In this document: in pieces, positions 37,818 to 48,209 of the stretch
Numbering within the stretch: the first letter of the stretch is position 1
How the letters are laid out: each line of letters begins with the position of its first letter
Origin: Yuukianura sp. NJ FZ-2021
Taxonomy: Eukaryota
Direction: 5' to 3'
Length of the DNA stretch: 64,000 bases
Assembly (NCBI GenBank): GCA_046563655.1
Contig: CM102289.1
Span: 3,968,001 to 4,032,000, forward strand
The notes under the pieces: generated by a model
The model's input: the letters and a program-made list of their open reading frames with translations, nothing else
Told to the model about the DNA's origin: nothing
Database searches by the model: none
Position numbers and translations under genes: made by a program

Positions 37818-40629
37818 TCAGCATAAGTTTTCGAGGTCGGAGAACACTCCTTTTAATTTTTGAAAAAACGAAGGGCTGTGTCTTTTGATCCAGATGGGGT
37901 CAATTTTGATGACATTCCGCATGAATGGTTTCTTAGTTTTCACAATCTCGTGGTACAGGACCCACGCGGGAGCGGATTTAAACAGTGCACTGGCTGGAAA
38001 GATGTATGTTTCTTCGAGTACTCCACTTGCGTAGACGCTGTACGAATGACCTCGCAGTCCCTTCCGTGCAACTTTGTGGAAAAATCCAGAGCACAATGCT
38101 TGTTGAATCGGTTCGGATCTTCCGCGACAAGACGAAACCGTCAGACTTTGGCTGAAAATGACAATAGATTTGAATTTTTGCGCGATTTTGAACGTAGCCC
38201 GCCCAAGAGGTCACTTTCAAAGAAAATATAGATCGATTAATCCTGATTTGGTGATTATTTTATCTGAAACGTCTTTGAAAGTCACCTCCCGAGCAAAAGC
38301 AAATGATGAACTGATGAACAAATCAACCTTACTTGATCAAGAGAAGTGCCAGTTGTTTACGAATTTCTTCGGCCTCTTCCAGAACTTTAGCATTGACATA
38401 ATTTTGTTTACACCAACTCTCAGAGCAGCCGCTATTTTTCCAAGCTTTCCACACATTGAGCAGCGTAAGGTGATCTCCTTCCGAGTGTCGAAAAGCTGCC
38501 GTCCGCAAATCCGATTCCACTCGTTTCTTTTTGGGTCGAACGAAAACGTTTGTGTTTTGAGCCGACAGGATTGACACAATTGTCAGAATTTCATCGCTGC
38601 ATCCCAACTCTGATGATTTGATCAATACTTTGGCCAGAGTTGGATCCAAAGGAAAGTGAGCCATTTTCCGTCCAATCGGTGTCATTTCGATAGTCCCTCC
38701 GACTCGACGTAGAGCTTGCAATTCCAAGAGATACTCCATGGCAGCCAGAACGTAGCTGGGATGTGGTGGATCAATAAAAGGAAATTTGAGTATGTCCACG
38801 ATCCCCATGAACGCAAGTTGCAAAATAACGGCTTCCACGTTGCTGCGCATAATTTCTGGAACAGGTGTGTCCAGCATCAATTGAAATGTGTACTCTGAGT
38901 AGAGTCGATACACTGTTCCAGGACCTGTGCGCCCCGTTCGCCCTGCACGCTGGACAGCTTGGGCCTAACAAAAACGTGAAAAGTTAAGTGAACCGAAAAG
39001 TTGTTAAGCATAATGTCAGAAGTATGAACTGAAACACCGTTTTTCAGATGACGACACTATAACAAAAGTTCTGGACACTCAATAACGTACTTTGGTAATC
39101 CTTTTGACGACTAAACTGTCAATTCCGCTCCTGGGATTGAATTCGCGCTGTTTCTCGTAACCTGGATCGACAATGTACTGGATGTTGTCGATTGTAAGTG
39201 AAGTTTCGGCGATGTTCGTAGCCAAGATCACCTAAAATTGTGATGAAAAGTTATAACTTGTCTGGTAATAATATCCGCTAAAACTACGTTCACCTTGAGC
39301 CTAGCTTTGAGCTGAATTTTTCTTACCTTACGAACTCCGGGTGGCGTTGGATCTCCAACAGCTCTCAACTCCTCTGGAGGAAGAGACGAGTAAAATGGAA
39401 GAATGAGCATTTCCGGAAGCGTTGTTCGTTGGAATCTGGCGGAAGCTGCTGCTTCATACAGCTGATCCCATGCTTGCTCTATTTCTTCCTGGCCAGGCAG
39501 GAACACCAGAATGTCTCCTGAGAAATCCAAAACATGGTGATTAGATCAGTCAATCAGTAAATGCTATTTATAGAAAGTAACTTGTTTGCAAAAATAACGT
39601 CCTTCGTCTTCACCTTCTGGTTCGTATTTGTAAATCTCCATAACCTTATAAACAGTCCTCGGAATGTATTCAGTCTCAGAAACGGAACTGTACTCGATCT
39701 TCACCGGGAAACCACGTCCCGGAATATTTAGTATGGGAGCTCCACCAAAATAACCGGAAAACTAAAATTTAATTCCAATGGTTGTTAATTTCATTTGTGA
39801 AAAATATGTAAGTGTTATGTGAAACCGAACCTTATCCGAGTCCAAAGTGGCAGAGGTTACAATGACTTTCAAGTCCGGACGGAGAGGAAGGCACAATTTT
39901 AGCAAACCGAGAACGACGTCCGTGTGAATACTTCTCTCATGAGCTTCGTCTAAAATTAGGAACGAGTAATCCTCCATCTTTTGGTCCATCGTAAATTCCG
40001 TCACCAAAACCCCATCTGTCATGTACCTTATCAAAAATTAGCCATTAGTGTATAGTGTATCTAAATGGAATAGTGCTGATGTTAACTTAGCTAATACTGG
40101 ATTGTCTTTCACCCAAATCAACTCACTTAATGATTGTATCAGCGCTTGTACAATTCTCAAATCTAATTTTGTATCCCACTTTGGCACCAAGTGTAGTTCC
40201 GCTCTCGAGTGCAACGCGAGTTGCCAGTGATGAAGCTGCAATTCTCCGGGGTTGTGTACATCCGATTCTTTTAATACCATATCCAGCGTCCAACAAATAC
40301 TGAGTAATTTGAGTAGACTTGCCACTTCCAGTTGCACCAACCACTACGGTAACTTGATTGTTTCTCACGAGCTGTACCAACCGCAAAACTAGTTTTAGTG
40401 TTTCTTTCAACTTGCATCCATTAAAAAAAACTGAATTAACTTATTGTTAGCTTACCCTAAGTAGTTCGTCCTTCTTTCCACAGATTGGTAACGAATCCCT
40501 GAAAACTTTAAGTTCCTTCCGCTTCCTTAATTTCGACAATTCCTCCTTAAAATGATCTCCAGTGTCCCCGATGTTGCATTCCCGAAGAAGTTCTGCAGTC
40601 AAGTTGACATTTCCGTTGGTTTGCTCCAT
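37818..40629 (-). CDS. DEAH-box RNA helicase (PRP22/DHX8-PRP2-like), short N-terminus
   Basis: [75 protein letters not shown]2 (FPLDP..K.LI.S) and OB-fold ([15 protein letters not shown]). Confidence 0.93.
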
Positions 40630-41007
40630 TTCCAAATGACAAAATTAATGGTATAAGCGGTTACTTCAAGTGTCAGTATGACTCTGAGTCACACCTTGTT
40701 AACTTTAAACATTCAGCGATTCAGCCATCCTTATGTGACTCTTTCAAAGCGTTTCAGTACAGTTGTTCAGTTTTCAGAAAGAATTTGACAAACGTAAACA
40801 ATTTCCTCCCTCTCCCTCCTCCCTCCCAAAGTCCAAAAATCAAAATCCCTTTCGCGGTCCCACTAAATGTCGGATTCCTCGGATTCTCGGGTCTTTATAA
40901 ATCAGCAAATCAGCTACAATTGCATTCTCGCGTTGAGAATACTGCGCACAGTAATTTTTTTTTATTGTTCACAACCGTCTGCGGCGCTGCAAACTGAAAC
41001 ATTAGCG

Positions 41008-44000
41008 TTACGTTTGAGCTGGTAGCGGAAAATGGTCAACTACTTCTCCATTTTCTAGGCGAACGTAATTCACATCCTGACCCCATGGGTTAGCGTAAGA
41101 CATTTCAACTACGCGTGCACCGCGAGTCCTTCCGACCCAACCACCACCATGACCAGACTGCCTATTGTAGCACAGTACCGTCGTTCCATAGTTGCAACAC
41201 CAACCGTTCGCTGTTAATTACAAAACCACTTTTAAAGTCGAGTCAGATGGTTACAGTAATTACATAAATTATGCTCCGTTTCAAAACTTTATTCCGCCTG
41301 TGTATTTCTCTGGTCCCCGCTCCCAACGCCTCCCCCTCTACCTTTCTCCAAATTTTGAACCAGGTTGGCGCGAAATATTCTGGTTTGTTTACATTTTTTC
41401 AAAACTTTGCTTACAGCTGATTCTCTTCAAGAACACTTTTAAAGTTTCTCTTTCGTTAAGTTTTAATTTTTTTAAACCCAATTCCGAAAGGTTAGTTAGC
41501 ACTGGGGAGTACCGTATTTTCCCAAATAGTACACCTGGTGTACTAATTTTGTTTTCGACTTCTGGGGGTGGTGTACTATTAGGGACCTGGTGTATTATTA
41601 GAGACGGTGTACTAATTAATTTTTTAAGAATGAGGATTTTATTCTTAGCTAAAACGTTTAGGAATCAGGAGAAAATAATTTCTAAATTACTAAAAACTAC
41701 TCCACTTCGTTTTCAGAATCCGTATCCACAGTGTCCAGCTCGTATTCTTCTTCTCCACTTGAGTCAATTAACACTTTGTTAACACAATTAAGCTTTGTTC
41801 CGTCACCTTTGGCCGCTAGAACAAGCGTTGCGTGTGCCTTCTCATTTCTAGTCGACTTTAGTTGAACAGTTTTAGATCCAGTTGGAGCAATTGTTGTGTT
41901 GCTCAGCATGTCGAACCACAAACTGATTTCATCCATTGCAATAATTTGGGACGGTTCGATCTTACGCTGGCGTACGACTTTACTTATAAATGTAGCCAAA
42001 TCTGCAACTTTTGAAAACAATTGATCCGGATCCTTTTGTCCTACTGTAGTCCTCCGTCTTAATGATAGTGAGTGTCTTTTGAGAAAACGATCCAGCCAGC
42101 CCAAACTTGCGACGAACTTCGTTCTGTTTCCGTTATCCAATGTTGGGAAAATCCTCTTCGCCTGCTCTTGAATCGAACGCCGTGAGACTCTTAACGATTT
42201 GTTTCGTTGTTCCATAATCCAGTAAAAGAGTGAATCATTCAACTCAGGTATCAATCGTTTCCGTCCAGCGCCGATCAACCTTTTGTGTTTGATCTTGGAT
42301 GATTTCACGTTTGACACTGTAAACAAAATACTGTTTCAGTATGAATGTAATAATTAGGAAAAAATATTTTATTCACAATAAATTACTCACCTAAATCATT
42401 TTCCTTTCTAATCCATGTCCGAATACTCTGTCGATCAATGTTGTATTCTTTAGCAGCTGCCGCAATTGATTTATCCTTGGCCAATTTCACCACTTTCAAT
42501 TTGAACTCCAGGTCAAATGATCTTTTTTTGTTGGGAGACATTTTAAAGTAAGAATACGAATTTTAAGTAAAACAATTTGGAGAGAAGTAACGTGGGGCCA
42601 AACACAACAAAGGAAGAGCTATAATATTAGCTCAGCTAACTGCTCCGGGTGGTATACTCCTAATGCTACATTCCCAAAGACCCTGGTGTACTATTAGAGA
42701 CCTGGTGTACTATTTGGGACGGTGTACTAATTAATTTTTCGACTTCTGGGGGTGGTGTACTATTAGGGACCTGGTGTACTATTTAGGTATGGTGTACTAT
42801 TAGGGAAAATACGGTAAGTGTAGTGATGACGAGTGTATTAACACCGCCGAATCCTCCTCCAGTACGTAAGATTAAGTCTCCAAACATTAAATTGTCCGAG
42901 ACTAGATACATCCAAAACATCTATGAGTACTTGAAATTTGTGAAAGAGAACACTGGCAAAGAAAATATTCCAATTGGATTCGTTACTCCAGGGAAAAAAA
43001 CGTAAGTAATACGTTGGATTGAAAACCAAATCAAATACTTCAATTCTGAATACGTCATATTTCGAAATTGAGTATGGCTGTAAGAAATCAATTCCTGTAA
43101 TTTCAGATTCCTCAAATCATAGGGAAAATGGTCGGGGTTACCGAAAGAGCAGTGAGGAATCATTTAAAGAAAACAGACTTGGAACCAAGGAAACATAGAG
43201 GAAAGAAAACGAAGCAAGACAACATAGAGGATTTTGAAAAATGTGCCATACGCGATTTGATTACACAAATGTTCATGACGGTTAGTATAAGAAAATCAGT
43301 TTTTTGCCTAAACAATACGAAAAATGATTGTAAAATTCTGTTATTTTTTTAAAGGAATTTACGTCACTTTGTACATAACCATAACATAATCGATTATGTA
43401 CCTAACCTTATTCTTTGATGCATGTGCAAAAGTAACTGCATTTGATTGGATAAATGCGATCCGTCATTGCAAAAAAGAAGAAGAAAAGTACTGGATCAGA
43501 GACGGAATTTCGTCAATGACACCAATTCAACCCATTGTTTTCATGGTGAACACTGGAGACTCAGATGAAAGTGATGAGTTTAAAGAAACCGATAACGAGG
43601 AAAATTAAATCGCTAATTATCTGATAGTTTTATGTGAATGTTTTGTTTCTAATACCATAAAAATGCTACTGAAGATTAAAAAAGTTTTTTGGGTATTTTC
43701 GTGATGTTTTCCTTATTGTCACTACATTTCTAGCCGACGCATGGTTTTACCTCCAACTTGAGACAAACCTCCTTCGGGAGAAAGTGAAAGCGGTGGGGGA
43801 GCCCGTCAAGAGGAGACGGAATAAAACTTTGAAACAAAGTATAACTTCATTTGAACGTATATTAAGTCATACCGTGATTATGTCCAGCAAACGTAATTTT
43901 TACCATGCCCGATGTAACAAGAGCATCAATAAGCCCTGTATCTGGATCTTGCGGGTTCACGACATCATCTTAAACAGAAACAAGAAAACCTTTTGTTTTC

Positions 44001-45131
44001 AAAAGCTTTTCTGGCAATTTCCAATCGTCTGAAACTCATCACTTTACCTCTTTGTCCTGTGCACTCCGGGTGGAAAATGAGTTCTTCGTGAAGTTCTTGG
44101 TATTCGTTTCTAGAAAAATGAAAATTAATAATATTTTTACAAATACTTTCTTAAACATTAAAAAAAAATTTTATTACGTAGGATAGTGAAAGTAAGCTAA
44201 AGTAGGGACCGGCCCCCACTGTTGTTTAATCGCTTCGCTTTCATTTCTGAACCACTGAGTCACATTTTCATGAACCGTAGCGGGAAATCTACCGTCCGGG
44301 TTCCGCCCGCCTCGGCTATCAAAGAACCAAAGAATGAGAACAGGGGCCTCTGCAATCTTTGCCCCTTCAACGCATGCGTCGGCTCTTTGCGCAGTCGTAG
44401 CAGAGTAAATGGGCACGTAGTAGTTGGTTGTACCGGGAAGAGTTTCACCTCCACTGCGTGTATAAGCATTAGGATATTTTTGCTCCGTGGCAAGGATTTC
44501 TTCCCGGGTAATTATAACTCCACTGTCATGATTTCCGTAAGTAGAGCCCCATCTTTAAAAAACCGATAAATAATAATAATAGATTTACATAAAAGTACAT
44601 GCTTTGTCAAAATCTTTTATGATAACGTATTAAGATATTTTATTAGTGTACGTACTTGTAATTTCCTTGAACGACTGGTTGGAGAAGCATGTCAATGTAT
44701 TCTGTTCCATTTGGTGCGACTAAATATTCTTCAGAAATCAAGTCTCCTGTGAAAACAACGAAGTCTGGTTTTTCCCACTCTAAAATGTCCGTCATGACCT
44801 TGCTTGACTTGAGGTCATTGGCCGGACCCCACTCTGTCTCCTGCCCCTCTGCATAGTGCCTGTAAAAATCCAAAAACAAAGATCAAAAGTCAATTCGATG
44901 TTTTCGATTCGATTCGATTTGAAAGTCAAAGTCAACACTTCGATGACAGTTTGACCTGGTGCGATGTTTTAAAATACAAACAAAATGGTTTTTGACTTAC
45001 AAGTCGGAGAACATGACGATTTTAAATGTTCCATTTTCGTTGAAGGCCAACGGACATTTTGAAACTGTCGCCGGTACAAATAGTACCGGCAACAATAAAA
45101 GTACAAAACTGGAACAAATGTTCAATGACAT
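41008..45131 (-). CDS. Secreted calcineurin-like metallophosphoesterase (DCR2 / purple-acid-phosphatase-16-like)
   Basis: Signal peptide, FKIVMFSDL|HY, FTGDLI, WGSTYGNHD, LWFFDSRGG, AYFHYP, AGHNH. The last exon (41210-41008, NGWCC...CYNRQSGHGG...RGARVV) is separated by a 2.66-kb intron (43872-41211). Confidence 0.88.
41269..43844 (+). mobile_element. Degenerate IS630/Tc1/mariner-superfamily element (outer), internally deleted
   Basis: Imperfect inverted ends 41269-41299 (TTATGCTCCGTTTCAAAACTTTATTCCGCCT) and 43814-43844 match at 25/31. Transposase-like remnants: GVTERAVRNHL..EDFEKCAIRDLI (43128-43280) and VTAFDWINAIRHCKKEEEKYW..acidic tail (43420-43608). No DDE core is visible. Confidence 0.55.
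41512..42814 (-). mobile_element. pogo/Tigger-like DNA transposon, internally deleted (1303 bp)
   Basis: 24-bp TIRs CCGTATTTTCCC(A/T)AATAGTACACC (41512-41535 and 42791-42814; 23/24 identical), TA on both sides, and about ten subterminal GGTGTACTA-like repeats. The spliced ORF from ATG 42541 to 41697 has HTH + CENP-B-type HTH and the start of DDE_1 (MDE...DGTKL). Confidence 0.92.
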
Positions 45132-45595
45132 CCTTTGTTATACGCTTTGAAAATTTTTTTCCCCGTAAAACCGAGTTTTCAAAGTACAAAAAGAAATTCT
45201 AAACTAAATTCTACAACTTTCACAACGCATCATCACTTTATTTCAATAATCTACAATTTTGTAATATTCACCAAATTATTTATCAGCTCATCCAGAATCA
45301 GATTATCGAAAACAAAAATTTATAATTACTGGTTTTACCAAATCAAATAAAGTGTTTACAATTTTTCATTTTGACATTACATGACAAAACGAAAGTACAT
45401 GTGAACTCCAAGCACTCTTGATAAACATTCTTTTATTTTGGAAATGTTTCAGAAAGTTAAAGGTCACGTCAAAGTCAGTTTGTTATGTCCTTGTAGAATT
45501 TAGACCGTGATAAGCAAAGACCACTTTAGTTTTATTGTATCTTCTTTGCTTCTCAAGCGTCAGTTTCAATTTTAAACAAACTGACAATTTTAAAC

Positions 45596-47673
45596 ATGTC
45601 TCAAAAGTATTCGATTTTGTTTGCGCCACTCGACGCCGTCGGTCACGTCAACGCCTGTATCAGTATTGCGCAGACGCTGCGTGACAGAGGTCACAAGGTC
45701 ACGTTTGCTACTCCATTGAACTGGAAAGGAAAGTTACAACTCCTGGGATTTCATGAAGAAGTGTACGCAACTACGGAAACCAAGCAGGAGGATTCAGGCC
45801 AAGTAGGAGACACTTGGTCTCAAAATGTAGCCAAAATGGCGGCAGTTTTGGGCTGTTCCCCAATCGAAAGGCACGCAAAATTTCAAATTGAAAATTGGCG
45901 CAGTATGTTTGAGCAAATCAAGTACCAACATCCCAGGCTCAAGGAAATCATGGACACGGTTCAGCCGGACGTCGTTGTAGTAGACTACCTTTCACATATT
46001 CCCGCTCTCATGAATCACGGTATTTTTCAACAAATACAAATACTTTATACAATTTATATGTAGTTGTGAAATATATCAAAATGTAAAATATAAAATATAT
46101 CATTTCCCCACATGCATCTCGTAAGCATACGTGGGCGTGCATGGCAGATCGGGATTAGAACACAAACTTTCAATAATTTCAATTTCCGTCCAAAGCTTCA
46201 TCTGTCAACTTTTTATGCAGGTACAACTCCATGGATATTTCTGATGTCATGCAATCCTATTGGTATTTCGGATGTTAACGTTCCTCCTGCCAATTCCGGA
46301 TATCCAACTGATGGTGATCGTGAAATCTGGCGGAAGTACATGGAAGAAGTAGAACGAGTTTACAAAAACGAATTTCTGGAATATAAAAAATGGATTTTGG
46401 AAAATGGCGGTCCCGAACTGGAGTTCACATACCCATACTGGATGAAATACTCTCCCTGGGCAAACATTTACAAGTTCCCGCTAGAACTGGACTATACCGA
46501 CCTCCGACCAAATCCCAAAAACTGGTTTCGATTCGATGGATTTGTAAACGACTGCGCAGAGAGTTTCGAAATTCCCGCAAACCTACGTGATAGAAGCGGG
46601 AAGCTAATTTACTTCTCAATGGGAACTATTGGCTCCGCGGATGTTTCTATGATGAAGAGGCTCATGTCCATTTTGGCCAAATCTGACAACAGATTTATTG
46701 TGTCAAAAGGTAACTCAACACACGAAAAAAAAACAAGTTCCAATTGGATTTTTTTAAAAAAAAGTTTTCAAATTTTTAATTTGAAGGACCAATGGGAGAC
46801 GAATTTGAGCTTCCAGAGAACATGTGGGGGTTGAACAGCGTTGCGCAGACGCAAATACTCCCCTGCGTTGATTTAGTGATAACTCACGGCGGGAATAACA
46901 CAATTTCGGAATCGTTTTTCTTCGGAATACCACTGCTCGTTTTGCCTGTGCTCTGGGACCAGTTGGATTCTGCACAAAGAATACACGAATGTGGTCTGGG
47001 TCTTAGATTTGACCCGTACAAGGTCACCGAAACGGAACTTCTGGAAGCCATTGAACAGTTACTGAGCAATCAACTACTCAAAAAAAGAATGAGAACAATT
47101 TCTCAAAGAATCCGCAGCTCAAATAGTCAAAATGCAGTTGCTGATTTGATTGAAAAAGTCGCTGAGGAAAGAAAATCTGAACAAAAACTTCATGTTACAA
47201 GGTGTAAAATTGATATACGAAGTCCAGAAACTACTGAAGAGTGGGATGACTACTACTCACTTCGGTATGAAGTTCTGAGACGACCTCTTGGACAACCAGT
47301 AGAGTCGGCGCGAGTAGAGGACGATGACAACTCGTATCATTTTGCAGCATTTGAGCATGGGCACAAAGTCAAAGAAGTCCTCATCGGAGTAGTTTGTGTG
47401 AAGTTTAAAACGGAGGAGACAAATTCAGATGCAAAGTCTACGATGCAATTGAGACTGATGGCAGTTATGGATGGTAAACAAGGGAATGGAATCGGGAAGC
47501 AATTGGTTCTACATGTTGAAGAATTTGCAAGAAAGAAAGGAGCCACGAAGATGTTTCTGGAAGCTCGCGAAAACGCTGTCAAATTTTATGAACGTCTTGG
47601 TTACAATGTTGTTAAGAAAAGTCATCTACTTTTTGGAAAAATTCAACATTACTCAATGGAAAAGTTGCTGTAA
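45596..47673 (+). CDS. UDP-glycosyltransferase (bacterial MGT-type GT1) fused to C-terminal GNAT acetyltransferase, 599 aa
   Basis: Exons 45596-46019, 46221-46709 and 46787-47673 total 1800 nt in frame. UGT motifs: GHVNAC (catalytic His), IYFSMGTIG, AQTQILPCVDLVITHGGNNTISES...PVLWDQLDSA. GNAT from ~47209: LRYEVLRRPLG, QLRLMAV..QGNGIG, ARENAVKFYERLGY. Confidence 0.92.
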
Positions 47674-48209
47674 AAGGCGCCAAAAAAACGAACTTGACCT
47701 TGAACTTTGGCTCGGAAGTTGGCCACCTCCGGTCAAACCTTCCCTATTGTTGCTCCATTTCTTCTCCTTCATTGCACCAAACAGTGTACATCCTAATTTG
47801 ATAGTTACTGCGTCGAAGCAGATTAGGAATGATCAATTCTTAACTTTTAATTTAAGAAATAGAAAAATGAATACAGAAATCATATTCGCCACTAAGTAAC
47901 TCCAAATTCGGTTTGTATTTTTAGATTGAAATAGAGAGGACAACGCAATTTGACAAAATTCAAGGTTAAAGTTAAATTGCAATATCGACATAAAGCTACT
48001 AGGATGAGTTACAGTAGTGAAAGAGAAACAGAGATTCGAGAATGGACTCAAAACAGATTAGATTTAACTCCATAACAGACCTATTGACATTTGAAACTTT
48101 ACACTGACTTGGAGTTCTTACAGCCAGACAGTAGTAACAAACAGGCTAAATTTTGTTGATAGCCAGTTGTCTCTTTTTTCTGTTAATTTTCTAGAACATT
48201 TTGAAAAAT

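Noticed and set aside
41192..41782. 196-aa plus-strand ORF
   Set aside because: It runs across transposon ends and antisense to real exons, and has no recognisable protein features.
41512..42814. Recurring GGTGTACTATT units resembling a CRISPR-like repeat array
   Set aside because: The units are short and irregularly spaced, lie inside TIRs with a TA duplication, and flank a pogo transposase. They are subterminal transposon repeats in a eukaryotic genome.
45596..47673. Bacterial contamination as an explanation for bacterial-like genes
   Set aside because: The UGT-GNAT, desaturases, phosphoesterase and WS/DGAT genes all have spliceosomal introns and lie among typical arthropod genes.
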